Source of the DNA: Octopus sinensis
Lineage: Eukaryota
DNA: 64,000 nucleotides
Reading direction: 5' to 3'
Assembly: GCF_006345805.1 (NCBI RefSeq)
Contig: NC_043014.1
Coordinates: forward strand, 4,960,001 to 5,024,000
The notes under the pieces were generated by a model. The model ran no database searches. It saw only the letters and a program-made list of their open reading frames with translations, and was not told the origin of the DNA. How positions within the stretch are numbered: position 1 is the first letter of the stretch; every line of letters begins with the position of its first letter. Below, piece by piece: positions 25,991 through 40,596 of this stretch. The position numbers and the translations under genes are program-made.

Positions 25991-27397
25991 GTAGAGGAGG
26001 AGGAATGTGTGTGCAAGTGTGGATATGTGCGGACGCGGAGGTCTGCGTGTGCGTGTGTGTATCTCTGTGTATGTGTGCAAAGTTCACACGTGTGTGTGTG
26101 TGTGTGTGTGTGCGTGCGTGTGTGTGTGTATGTGTGTGTTGTTGTGGCTGTTAATCTTTGCGTGGTGTAGGGCTAGTAGTGTTAAGGTCAATGAAGAAGG
26201 AATTGGGCGTGGCTCCTTTTGTCTCTACCCCAGGTCAAGTAGTAGGTACTGCTACTTTGAAGTATGTGTGTGTGTGCGCGTATGTATATGTATCATGTGT
26301 GTGTTTTGTTTGTATTGTGTGTGTGTGTACGTATGTGTGTGTGTCAGTGTGTGTATGCGTAGAGTCTGTGTGTGTGGTGAATAACTGTGCTTTAATTAGA
26401 GTATGTGTGCGTGTGTGCTTGTACGTGCTTATGTGTGTATACATGTATGTATAATTGTGTGCGTGTATGTATAATTGTGTGCCGTGTGTATGGGATGTAT
26501 GTGTGGGTTCATTTGTGTGTGTGTGTGTGTGTGTATGTATGTGCGTGCGTGTTTCTGTTGTGCATGTACGCGTGCGTTTGTATGTGTGTGTGTAAGCGTA
26601 TATGGGTGTATATACGTGTATCCGTGGGGTTGTGAGATTTGGGTATGGGAATTAATATGCGTGTGTGCGTGCGTATGTGTGCGCATCCTTTTGCGTGCGT
26701 GTGTGTGTGTGTGTCTGTATGTATATACGTATGTGTATGTGTGTGTATGCGTGTAGGCATAAAATGTGTGTATGTATATGTATCGGCGTATATGTGAATT
26801 TGTGCATGCGTGTGCGTGCGTGTGCTTGTGTGCGTGTGTGCGCTTAAGTGCGTGTATGTGCGTGTGTGTCTGTGCCCATTTGTGTATAAGTGCGTGCGTA
26901 TCAGTATGAGTATTGTTTGTTGGAGGTAGATGAGGGCATCTGTGCTGGTGTGTGTGTATGCACGTGAGTATGTGTGTGTGTTGTGTGCGTATGATACGTA
27001 TATATATCTCCGTGACCACCGTGACCGACCAGGCTATCAGTTGTTGCTATACATCGCTGGTCACAATGCGCTTCGCATTGTTTTAGCCTTCAAATGACGC
27101 CACCCCGCGGGCTAGGCGAGCAGGCCAACAGAAGAAAGGGAGAAAGTTGTAGCGAAAGAGTACAGCAGAGATCAACACAACCCACTCCCTGAGCCTCGTG
27201 GAGCATTAAACACTCACAACGCCCAGTCTGGGAATCGAAACCGCGATCCTACAACCGTGACTCCGCTGCACTAACCACTGGGCCACAGCGCTTCCACAAA
27301 CACACACACACACACACACACACACCACACAAACACGCACACACACAAACACACACACAAACACACACACATATACAAACACACAAACACACACACA

Positions 27398-27445
<48 letters not shown>

Positions 27446-28176
27446 CATATATATATATACACATCAATGTATACGTATGCACGTATACTTAAGCATACAC
27501 ACCATAAATATCACAAATAGACGTATCTACTTATACGCATACACACACACAAACGCACACATATATGTGAGTGGACATACACTGTATAGTGTGGTTGTTC
27601 GTGTACAATTGAGCACGTGTGTCTGTGTGCGTGCGTATGTGTGTGTGTTTGTGTTTATTTGTGCGTGTGTTTGTCCGTGTGTCTGTGTGTATGTATTTAC
27701 ATTCGTTCTTACATATTGTCATATATAAAAACCAACGTGAATTACAGTCAAACGTTACGAAATTCACCGATCTACATTGGCACTCGCACGTTTTATTTTA
27801 AGTTGGAAAGAAAAGATTTAAAAAAACTCGCCTCACTTCCGTTCCTGATGGAGAGAAATAGATAAATGTGTGTAAATATGTACGTATTCCTATGTGTGCG
27901 TGTGTGTTAGTTTGCATGTGTCTGTTCCTGTTCCTGTGTTTAACTGTACATCTAGATATAATACTTATCACTAATATTAATAGGGCTAAAAGTTGCAGCG
28001 ACAGGGCATGGCCATGCTAGAACCCCACCATTAGATTTTTTTCATTACGCACTTATTTCCCTCTCCAGGATTATGTCTGGTGAAAGAGCGATCGGACAGG
28101 AGTACAATTACACCCTTCTTTGTGTTTCCTTGGGATGTGTGTATATGTATATATACATACATATATATACATATAC

Positions 28177-28323
<147 letters not shown>

Positions 28324-28719
28324 TGTAGACAAATAGATTGATTGATAGATATGTATGTACATACATACGTAACTATATATGTGTGTATGTATATATGATA
28401 TGTATATATATATATATAGATGTATGTGTGTATGTGTGTGTGTGTGTGTCTGTGTGTGTATAGCACACATAGTGTGTATGTATCTATGTTTTATGTGTGT
28501 CTGTTATTGTTGCACCACTATCGATTCTCAACTGATGTCGGAGTGTTTACGTCCCTGTTATTTAGCGGTTCGGCTAGAGATACCGAGAGAATGAGCAATA
28601 GGCTTACAAAGAATAATTCCTGAAACGATTCGTCCTACTAAACGCAGTGCTCTAGCATGGCCGCAGTCAAATGACTGAAACGGGTAAAAGAATATATTTA
28701 TATACAAACACACACACAG

Positions 28720-28760
<41 letters not shown>

Positions 28761-29184
28761 GATAAATAGAGAGAGAGAGAGAGAGATAGGCAGAGAGATA
28801 CAGTGATAGATACACACACGCATATATTTGTTTGTATATATATATCTATATATGTTCACGCACTAATATATTCATATATATGTATATTTATATATACATA
28901 TATATGTATATTATATATACAAATATGCGTATATGTATATATATGTATGCTTAGGTCTGTGCGCCTGTGTGTTCGTGTGTGATTACGTGTGTGATCTTAT
29001 GTGTGTGTGTGTGCTCCATAGGAACATATGTAAGTGATTCATGCATACATCCTTACATCCATCCATCCATCGGTACGTACATACATCCACATATTAATAC
29101 ATACATACGTAAATGCATACATACATACATGCATATATAAATACATAAAGACATACATATATTAACACAAAATCCATGACTTAC

Positions 29185-29328
29185 CGTTTTCGATTTCTCT
29201 TCCATTTTTCCTATTCTTGAATCTTGATGAAGAATCACGATCGTCAGAACGAGAAGAACCCCAAAAGCTATGAGAGAAGAAATGGAATAACGCTGCGAAA
29301 TATTCCTGGAGAGTTGTGCGAAATCCAT
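29185..29328 (-). CDS. Copy 2 probable first exon (signal anchor)
   Basis: Identical protein to copy 1; one synonymous CTG>CTC change. Confidence 0.7.
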
Positions 29329-32009
29329 TCTGGTGACAGTTGTCGGTCGTACGTGATACTTCGTGTGGCTTCAACAAAAGATCGAGATGCGAGGTTTAAG
29401 CTGAAGACCTGTAACTGAATTCCACGTATTTATTGAGCGCACAACAACCCAGCTCTGGCAAAGATCTTATCGTAAATTTATGAACCAATGCGATTGGTGG
29501 AACTGTAAAAGTGGGCGTGAACTTGTCTGACAGGTTTAATTATTGGAAAGAGATGGTTTGATATTGTCACACAAGAATTTGCAAAATATTTTGATGAATG
29601 AGAGACACGTGTAAAGTGAAATGATTCCTGTTTCTGGATATATTATGATATATTTATTTACTAATGTTGTTATTTAATTTTCTTTGTTATTCTTTGGAAA
29701 CTGTTTTAATATTCAGTGTGGGAAGTATTTCGTTCAACCGAAGAATACACAGATACAAAGACACACACACACATTCACACACACTGACACACACACACTG
29801 ACACACACACACACACAAGCACACACTGACACAAACACCAACACACACACACACACACACACTGACACACAGACACACACACACGCACACACACTAACAC
29901 ACACACACACACTGACATACACACACACCAACACACACACCCACACACACCAACACACACTGACACACACACTGACAAACACACACAGATACATTGTCTT
30001 ACACACACACACATACTCACGCACAAAAATACACATTGACACACACACACTGACGCACACATATATACGCTGACACACACGCGCACACACACTGACACAC
30101 ACACACACACATACACTGGCACACACACACACACACACTGACACACACACTCCCACACACACACATACACTGACACACACACACACATACTCACACACTC
30201 ACAAATTGTTTTAATATCCAGTGTGGGAAGTATTTCGTTCAACCCACACAGTAATCGCAAGACTTAATCTAATGAAGTCCGCTGTTCGGATTGGATTCTT
30301 CACAACAAGCGTTAATCGGATTGGAAAAGTTTTATCTGAATATCAAAATCAAAACCTTCCAATTCCCACCCACTCATACATACATATATACATACATACA
30401 TGCACACATACATACATACACACATACATACACACATACATACATACTCACATACATACACACATACTTACATATATACATACATACATACATACATACA
30501 TACATGCATACATACATACATGCATGCATACATACATACATACATATATGCATACATACATGCACACATACATACAGGCATACATAGAAACATACATACA
30601 TACATACACACATACATATATACATACATACATTCATACATACATTCATACATACATACATACATACATACATACTTGTATGCATATATTTATACATACA
30701 CGTACGTATGTATACATGTATACGTAAATGTATTTTTGAATGTAAGCAAGTATATATCGATAGACACATATACACATATATACACATATACATACATACA
30801 TACATAATTACATCCATACATACATGCATACATATTACATTCATCATCCATCCATACATACATACATACTTGGTGGCTGCCCCCTCGTTATCGAGTATTG
30901 GCATTGCACGAAGCTTAATCAATGTTGTTACAATGGCTGTGCATGAAGATTTTTTTCATAGTGAGTAAAGGCTGTGCACTGAGTCAATCCCAGTCACTAA
31001 GCAACAGCAGGCATAATCCGAAAAGAAGAACAAGTCAACATTATCGGTAACCACTGAGCCGCAGGTTTTATATCGGAGTTATCCCGGTTACCTGAGTTAC
31101 CTTCTCCTAGAAGGATGCCCTAACAAAGGCTAGGAGTCCTTCACTCCCAACGGTTTAACCGCGCGATCGGGTATTCAGTCCGATTATTTCTATGTCCCCG
31201 CGCATGATACAGTCTTAAGACATATATTGGATGGCCGTTGATTCTGAAGAGTTCCTCCGCTTTTTGACGGGTTTTGTTTTTCATCCCGCTGGGTGTCCAA
31301 TAAACTCCCTCCTCACCAAGCAAGCTTGGTGGGGTTCCGGTTTAGTCGCCGACGACCCGACAATGCAACAGGTTGTACTGGGTTACATGTTACCAGTAGC
31401 ACTCGAAAGTGACCTGACATACATACATGCTTACATACATACATACATGCATACATACATACATACATGCATACATACATGTATGCATACATACATTCAT
31501 ACATACATACATAGATTCATGCATACATTATACATACATACATACATGCATACATACCTACATACATACATACAGACATACATGCATGCATACATACATT
31601 CATACATACATACATACATACATACATACATACATACATACATACATACATACACACATACATACAAAAATATCCTGTTCATGTTGTTGAAATTCCAATG
31701 AAAGATACTTGGAACTAAGTTAGAAGCCGTCTCTCTTTCTGTTGGCCAGAAATATTCTATTAAAACCGAATAATGACATTCATACATATTTTTAGCTAGT
31801 CATTATCACTAGCTTTGAATACTTTTCTTCTTGTTTTATAAATCATATCAAAACATACTGGTACAGTGTCTCCCATGTGAAACTCAATTCGCAAGTGCAC
31901 CTTCCGTATGGACTGCATATGTACGACGGAATTCCATATTTATGATAAAATTTTCTTTGATGAAGCATATTAGACCCCTCAGATATAGTTTGACCAAATT
32001 TAATATATT

Positions 32010-32263
32010 GAGACCCCCTTCGGTCATGAATGACCATGGGATTGCACCTAGAATGTTACCCTCCTAGACACAAGTCCGGGCAAGGTTGTTTATGGAAGAC
32101 CAGCAGTCGCCCATGCACACTGGCCTCCCCTCTCCACGCCACCAGTGTTATCCAAGGGAAAGACAAAGGTCGATACAGCTTGGCACCAGTGACGTCGCAA
32201 CTCATTTCTACAGCTGAGTGAACTGGAGCAACGTGAAATAAAGTGTCTTGCTCAAGAACACAA
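32010..32263 (-). mobile_element. 5'-truncated SINE/LINE-tail insertion, unit 3 only
   Basis: Interrupts a block that is contiguous in units 1 and 2; contains ttgagcaagacactttatttcacgttgctccag. Confidence 0.6.
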
Positions 32264-33333
32264 ATATATGTATATATATATATGTATGTGTGTAAGGTGT
32301 GTGTGTGTCTGTGTGTGTTTGTGTGTGTGTAACACTCTCGGTTTGGCCCTCGAAATAAGGTTAATTTGAAATAAGCTACAAAATAAATCTTACAGCCATG
32401 TCAGATTTCAACAAAGTCCCATAATTTTTCCTATTGTAATGGCGGGTTGTATATGCAGCTGCGCATGCTCTGTACAGCTTAAACACCTGGCGGTCGTTTT
32501 AACTGTCTAATTATGCCGCTGAATCAAAAGATGAATTTGAAGATCTACCAGCGTCCGTATTCTCTGCAATTGTTTACAATTTACAACCATGAAAATATTT
32601 GTAATCTAGAGAAGCGAATGCAGATTTACCCATTAGACTAATAATAGTGGGATAGTAAACATTAATAATCTTTAATCTTTATTGCAGCTTGATGTTGTAA
32701 ACCGAACACTTCGTTTATCTGACAAATATTCGACACACTCCAACATACTGTCATGAATCCTATTGGATATAACGTGACGGTCACAACATCTCAGCCTTCT
32801 TACACACAGCATCCGTGCTTGCCCTGACTATATTTGCTCTCTTTACTCTCACTTTTATGGGTGTTGTATTCGTTTCGCATGAAATGTATTCAGCTTCTAG
32901 GATTCATCCTTTCTTCGAGTCTGGTATGTTTACGTAGGGTGAGGATTAGAGTTTCTAAGGCTGTGCATGAAAAGCTGATATAATTCTATGGTGGTACTTT
33001 ATTTGGGGTTTGTTGAATCATGAGACAGAAGACAAAATACTGTTAAACAAAATAACATTTTATTTCAACGATAAGTTTGATAAACTGAAATCTTACAAAA
33101 TGTTTACTAGAATCATTTCGACAGATTTAGATTTTTCTTGTTTTTGAGGATATTTCTGGCATTCTACGTCGCCTCTTTTGCATTGTTTGAATATCTTCTG
33201 TAAACTAGTACAACAGTTTATTGTAACGATAGACATACTTTAAAGAAAATATTAGGTAACACAATTGAAACTTTTACGTTATTTCTTGTTATTCACAGAC
33301 ATATTTTCATATGGAACCGAATTTAATTTCTGT

Positions 33334-33833
33334 TCAATATTTACTGCAAACAACGCAGGTTAATTCTTGACCATTGACATACGGTGGACATGGCAACGAA
33401 CCACAACCAGCCTGAACGAAATATAAAACAGCTCCATCTTCGTTTCTGTAACCTGCTGGATCAGCTTCTGGTGCATAATCCACACACACATATTCACGTC
33501 TGCCTTTATGACTATGACGCTCGGTCATCAAATATCCTGAATACTCAGCTGTCCAACCATCGTAACACTGTGTCCTGGCTGGTAACATCATAACAACAGA
33601 AGGTTGTCGTGTCAAACAGACAGCGCACGGAACGTTGTGATCATGAAGTGATTTAGCGTTGGCAAAAGAAAAGAGTTTATTAGATGGGTATAAAACTATT
33701 GCATATTCACTGCCATAAATGTAACCAGTTTTTTCATCTTCTGTCGTATAATTGGCCCAAATGGGATCGTTGGGTAGACACAAGAGATTACTTCCGCCAC
33801 CAGTATGGGTATAATGTTGTCCACTAGCCACAC
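33334..33833 (-). CDS. Copy 3 last exon, NC1-like domain, intact
   Basis: Open 165-aa frame with all Cys conserved; ttctag acceptor. Confidence 0.9.
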
Positions 33834-34066
33834 CTAGAATTGGTAAGAATAAATTAAGTAAAAAAGATATTAAGCAAAATTATATATGAAATAACGGAAA
33901 CATTCATAACAGTTTTACCCTTAAAAGAAGTCATGTTTAGTCACGTGTGAACGAATTGTGGTGTATATGTTAGTGTTTATATGAGTGTAAGCTGTGTGTT
34001 GGTGTATGAATGTGTGCTTGTGTTCGCAGCTGTGCGTTTCTCTTCTCTTTATCTATATATATTTTT

Positions 34067-34117
<51 letters not shown>

Positions 34118-35500
34118 ATGTATACTGCTAGGGTTTTGTGGCTGTGATGTGTATTGCATGGGATAGATGTTCGTGTGTGGATGTCAATAAACGGAGAAAG
34201 GAAAGGGATTTTGTAACGCATGTGGTTGTGATTTCCCGAAATGGAAAAGATGTCGTTCACGTTTGAACGGGAAAATTGTTGGTGATGGGAATTGCATGTG
34301 GTTTGAGTAGAACAATACGAGAGACGGTGAGATGCAGAGAACTGGTGGGTAAGAGGGGATGAAATACTGTTTAGCCGACCATACGGGTGTGTCTGGCTAT
34401 ATCCATCGGTTTGTCTGGGACGAGTCAGGCCTACTACGAGACGGGCCTACCACATACTATAATATTATGATCACACAGATTTTATTTCATGCAAAGCACG
34501 AACTGAGGTGGGGTGAATTTTGAAGCTCATTGATGGCGTAGTGCTTAAGAAGAATGGACAGCAGAGTGGGCAACCGATAAACGATATGTGTAGGGTTTAG
34601 AGGGAGCAGATTCACAAAGGATGCGAGGTTGGTTGGAGAAGATGTGGGAAGCAGTAGCTTTGGATTGGAAGTGTCGGCGTTACCTTACAAAGATATACTG
34701 GACAATTAATGAGGGGAGGTGTTGCATGAAAAGAGATAGGTTTAAGGGGTAGGACGATTTCGGTGAGGTGGAGAAGAATAGAAGTGCAATATGTACTCAG
34801 TTGGGTTCTCTAAGTGATACTTAGTCCCTCCATATTATTCTTAATAAATACAGCCCTTAATTAGCTTTGTCCATTAGTTACAGTGTGTGGTTTGTTCAGT
34901 CCACATTGTACGTTCTGCGTTCATTTCATTAACTATTTACAGTCACTGTCATCAATTTTAATTAGACCTTGCTCAAATTAGACTATAACAACAATCAACA
35001 GGCACTGTAGTTAATGTTAGTCAAGCTGCCATTCTTCACCTGTGGTCACACTTGTACAATACCACCATCCGTAGCCAGTACAATTTATCACCAATTAGCA
35101 GGCTTGGTATTTGATATCTACACTCCATACCAGTCAGCCAGGAGTTCTTGATCGCTATACTGGACTCCAGTCTAGTCCCTATCTATAATTTCAAGTACAG
35201 ATATCTATATTCTGTGGTCAGACAACATCCTTTTCACCTGGTCAACTCTAGGCAACATTTAAAATTCTGATTTGACCAAATACCTACAAAGGAGTAAGCA
35301 GTCTTGTATAGTGTCTATAGGGTCTGTAGGTATCGTTTCAAACGTGATATGTCATCAGATGATCGGCTTGAGTGTGTGTGCGTGTGCGTGAGAGAAACGG
35401 CGACAGAGGGGGCGACACGAAGAGAAAATGAGAGGAATAAAAAGAGAAGAAAAGAAAGATAAAATGAGAAAGAGAGGAGAGAAATACAGAGTATACTAAC

Positions 35501-35575
35501 CGTCATATACAAGGCTTGAATTAGTAGGACAAGTAGTTCTGCCCCACCGGGTATACAATGATCCGGGACCGGGTT
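35501..35575 (-). CDS. Copy 3 75-nt exon (PGPGSLYTRWGRTTCPTNSSLVYD)
   Basis: Canonical splice sites, phase 1-1. Confidence 0.88.
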
Positions 35576-35599
35576 CTGTGAAATTAAAATGAAATAAAG

Positions 35600-37560
35600 T
35601 AATCAGGCCATCATAGCTACAATATGCAATAAAGCGAATCAGGCCATCATAGCTACAATATGCAAAGGGCTCGAAGGAATAGCCATACCGCGTCATTCAT
35701 CGAGTCGGATAACAGCATTTGCGTCCGGATCTTGGAAGGAGGAGTCCATTTAGGAAATATATTGCCGTCTCCACCCAACTCAATGTGGGATGCATGGGAA
35801 GGGAATACAAAATATGCGTGTTCAGGAACCCCGAAGCAGGGCCAGAAGGGATCAACAGTTCATAATGAAGAATTAGACTGTGAAAACCGGAGGAGATAAA
35901 ACGCTATATCGGTGTCTCCTCAAGAAAGGTTCGTTAATTCGGAGGCGTACACTTGGAAGTAGGTTGGAAACTCCACCGTGCAGGTGTGCCACCAACTATG
36001 TCTGCACTGTCGGAAGTGGTATGCTCACATTCAATGGCTTTCAGATTGGATTATGAAGTGAATCCCACTAGGTATTAAGGGATACCTCCTGAAGCTCAAG
36101 CAGAATGAAGGAGTGGTGTAGCTGCTGGAAGTAAATGCACCCAATAGCGAGGGAAAATACAAATGCTTCCTCAACAAATTCACTGCAGCTTTGGATATAT
36201 TTGGGGTAAAGTCATTTGTCTTACAAGGAGACTTCCGTGCACACTTTGACGCTGATAAACGCAAGAAGTATTGATTGGGTGGAATGGCGTCACACACCTT
36301 AATGGGGTGGCCATACTAGTCTTCTGGCAGGAAACGGACGCTGTATGATATAGATATCGTTTTAAGACAGGGTTGTTTATAAGGGTACTTGGAATAGAAA
36401 TGCTTAGTGACAGAAATTCTTGATAGATGTTGTTGTCGTCTCAGTCATCTTTGAGTCTGTGCTGGAGGTTCGGGTAAAAGGAGTGGAGGGAGTTGTCAAC
36501 TGACCACTACCAAGGTGTCTGAAACCGGAAGATGCCTACAGTTGGGAGAACCTAGTAAATTGGTAAGTCCAGTGCGACCTACAGAATAAAGTTGAAAGCA
36601 GTAGTGGATGATGGAATAAGAAACAAAATTGTGGATAATATTGCATCCAAATTGAGAGAGACCCACATGAATAAACTTGGGCATCGAAATCGATTAGTGA
36701 TTGTATTATTTTTGTCGAACTAAAGTCACTGAAAAGTGATAAAGCTGCTGGAGAGAAATACGTTCGTCTTGATAATTTAAAACCCTTAAATACTCAGGGT
36801 ATTCCTTGAGTGACCCATGTATGCTAGGTGGAATGGGGCATCAGGGAAAACACGAGGGCAATGTCAATCCGGGGTAATAATCGCAGATTTTTTTAAGACA
36901 AAGTCTACACCACATGTCTAGAATAGTTACGTTGGGAAATTGTCGCGTCCAGGACTACTGTCCTGGATACAGTACACCCGACCAGAGATTCGTTCAAAGG
37001 CAGATCTTCGAGAAAACGTTGAAATATTTCCAAGGGGAATACGCTGTAGACCACGTGCCGTGGGGCATGTTCAGGATGGTTTACCAGGAAGGTGAGATTA
37101 TTGGGCAAATACCTTTTACCGTAAAATACTCGTACGGATATCCAAATGTTTGTATTTGTGCAAAAGCCGAATGTTTTCAACATGGAGTTTGGACTTCAAT
37201 ATAAGAGCGCATTGTTAGTGCTTCTTCTCACATTTCTTATGATCTGGTTGAGCAAGGCTCAGCCATTTTAGAAGAAGTATCTCATTTCGTCTGTAAGGGA
37301 TCGGTCGACTGCTATTTGCAGACGACATGCTGCTATCTGACTCATGTCATGTTCACTTTCGACATGCATTGAATGGGTTGGCTGCCGAGTGCTCCAAGGC
37401 AGGGATGACTAACACACACTCTGCAGGAAAGTGGAACATCGTTACTTCGGGAATCTATTCACGAGTGATTGGAAGCACAAGACTGAACAGATTGCTAGAT
37501 TCTAGATATAAACGCATTGATGCGCTAGGTCGGGCATTCGATTCTCAGACGAACAATGGT
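35600..37560 (+). mobile_element. RTE LINE relic, partial unit 3a (most divergent copy; retains LLFADD)
   Basis: ctgctatttgcagacgacatg at ~37310; otherwise collinear with the other copies. Confidence 0.85.
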
Positions 37561-37582
37561 TGGTACACTTATCGACGAAGCG

Positions 37583-37620
<38 letters not shown>

Positions 37621-38829
37621 ATATACACACAATTAATGTCATAGTATAAAAGAGTAAAATTTTATAAAGGAAATTATTGTAAAGTAAAATGTATTTTAAA
37701 ATAAATTTAGACTAGTGTCTTAGTATATATTACTGAAGAAATATGGATAGTGATGTAGATTCAATTCAACTTTGGTGAAATTATAAATCTTTAAGGAGAC
37801 ACGGGTGAATGACTTTAGCTAAACACTGTAGAACTGGAAGCTGGATACTTTATAATATTTAATCTCATTCCTGAACATTTCTTCAAAGTTATTGTCTTAT
37901 ACAATATAAAATTAGTTCTTACTTGGGGTGTCATCAGGTTTATCGTCGCAAGATTTCTTGGAGATGACACGGTTCTGTGGAAAAAGAGAGAGTATTTATT
38001 ATCGTTTAGAACTGAAAAGAATGCAATATACGACAACATTTTCGGACAGCATTTTATGAAGATGTGGGTGACGTCGACATTGTCCATTCCACCAAATCTA
38101 TTATATCGTGTTACGTCTTGGAGATTTGCTGCAACTGCATGCCTTTCTGTGAATCTGGTATTTCATTATTTCATGCTTGTATATGGCAAAGCATACACAT
38201 TACATAAACAGCTAATATCCCTGTTCATTGTCAAGAGTAGACTAATTTTGCTATCTAAAATCGCTGGTAGTTTGAAGATTACTAGAAACGTAGACTTGCG
38301 CATTCTGCTGACGTACAAGAAAGCCCGACGCCAACCTTTTATGTACGGCGTTCTAATACGCAGTAGGACTTTTCCACTGCGTCCTTTGGAGAAACTGTCA
38401 AAGCAATAGGATGCAATATTTAGAAGTAGTTTGAATTGATGTAAAAGCTCTATTGCCTTGATATTGTTTAGTATAGTTATCCATCATGATCACTGAAGAG
38501 TCGGGTATTTCTAGCACTGGTGAATAATATTCCGGATTGAATCTCGAAGGTCAATATATCATTTGGCATTCAATGGAATATCACAAAAGTTTGTAAGAAA
38601 AATGTTTGGGAACATAGTGTAGGTTATAAATTGACTGCATACGAAAGGGATGAGAATTAGATATTTTGTACACGGGTGCTATATAAACTGGTTATTTACT
38701 CCTTAAATATAGTGTGTATATGTAGATGTATATATGTAAGTGTATAAAATTTTTTATATATATATATAATGTTTATACATATATATATACATATGTTTGT
38801 GTGTGCGTTTTTATATATAAGTGTGTTTC

Positions 38830-39115
38830 GCTCTTGCGACTCATGTTTGATCTTTGACTTCTGGCCGAAATCAGATCGCCATGTTGATTCGCTAGCTTTT
38901 GCACGCATATTTTTTTCTCTCCTTCTTTCTGTGTTTTTTTCCTCTGTGTATCTTTCTGTTGAAGAGCGTAGGCTCGAAACGTTAAAGACTTGTTTCATTT
39001 ATATTTCCTGAGCACCATACTAATACAATTGTTTGTTTGTATTCCACCTGCCTTCGTCTTTTGTTTATTTCCGTAAACCTGCCTTCGTCTTTTGTCTATT
39101 TTCATAAAGCTTACC
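38830..39115 (+). mobile_element. Penelope-type terminal repeat fragment with degenerate minimal hammerhead
   Basis: tcttt-ctgttga-a-gagc-gtag-gctc-gaaacgtt-aaaga: stems I and II pair, core has an A6>U change. Confidence 0.5.
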
Positions 39116-39116
39116 G

Positions 39117-39324
<208 letters not shown>

Positions 39325-39335
39325 ACAGATATTTA

Positions 39336-39906
39336 TATTGGGTTGCCGAGAAAGTTCGTGCCGATTTTTAAAGGAAAATAAAGGGCCAATAAATACTTGC
39401 CATTGCATTTTTAAACAACCAATTATGAAACATTTTGTTGCACTATGCTTCTCCATCTTTCCTTTAACTTGAAAATACCCCCTTTCCAGAATTGAGGTGG
39501 TTTCATGGCAAAGAATTCATCGAGGTATCTTTTTACGTCATTCAAGGAATTGAAATTTTTACCATTAACACTATTCTGCAGAGGCCTGAATATGTGGAAA
39601 TCCGAAGGTGCAATATCTGGTGAATATGGAGGGATGGAGTAACACATGCCAGCCGAGCTGCAGCAATTTTTGTCTGGTTCCCAAAGCATCAAGTGCCGAA
39701 AATGAACTTTCTTATCTTGCCTTTTCAAGTGTTACAAAATTAACACAGGTTATAGGAACATAAACCTTCTTACACGAAAAGATAGCTTAAACTGCGTTCT
39801 TAATGGAGGTGGAGTTAAATTCTATTTTATGAACTCAACCATGTTCTAAAATAAGTCGAAATTTAAGCAACCATATATCAGCAATAAATTTCTGGACAAC
39901 CGAATA
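39336..39906 (-). mobile_element. Internally deleted mariner transposon
   Basis: ORF 39423-39728 fuses an N-terminal K.HFRH motif to PPYSPDIAPSDFHIFRPLQN...FF..K...F...GI.KL.ERW. Imperfect ~31-bp TIRs (23/31 identical) at 39336 and 39876-39906. Confidence 0.85.
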
Positions 39907-39924
39907 GATTGACAGGTATTTCTA

Positions 39925-39929
39925 TATCA

Positions 39930-40005
<76 letters not shown>

Positions 40006-40034
40006 GTATGTCTGTCTGTCTGTCTGTCTGTCTT

Positions 40035-40101
<67 letters not shown>

Positions 40102-40126
40102 GTATGCCTGTCTGTCTGTCTGTCTT

Positions 40127-40190
<64 letters not shown>

Positions 40191-40234
40191 GGTATCTATC
40201 TCTATATATATCTATCTATCTATCCATCTATCTA

Positions 40235-40267
<33 letters not shown>

Positions 40268-40285
40268 GGTATCTATCTATCTATC
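39925..40285. repeat. (CTAT)n/(CTGT)n compound microsatellite
   Basis: Direct inspection. Confidence 0.95.
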
Positions 40286-40596
40286 AATCTGTCTCTCTGT
40301 CTGTCTATCCGCAAATCTATCAATCCATACACACACACATATTTACACACACGCACACATACACAATACATACACACATATTTACACACACTCACACATA
40401 CATAATACATACACACATATTTACACACACGCACACATACATAATACACACACGCACACACACATATTTACACACACGCACACATACATAATACATGCAC
40501 GCCTATTTACACACAAGCACACATACATACCTAAATAAATACATGCATACAGACATACATATGTTAACACAAAATCCATGACTTACCGTTTTTGAT

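Noticed and set aside
35595-35665. 35-bp tandem duplication at the unit-3a deletion junction (similar 21-bp one at ~6990)
   Set aside because: Ordinary slippage products with no functional signal.
38056-38640. Possible Tc1/IS630-like transposase fragment (…PDSSVIMMDN…) on the minus strand
   Set aside because: Single weak motif amid stops; cannot be supported without a profile search.
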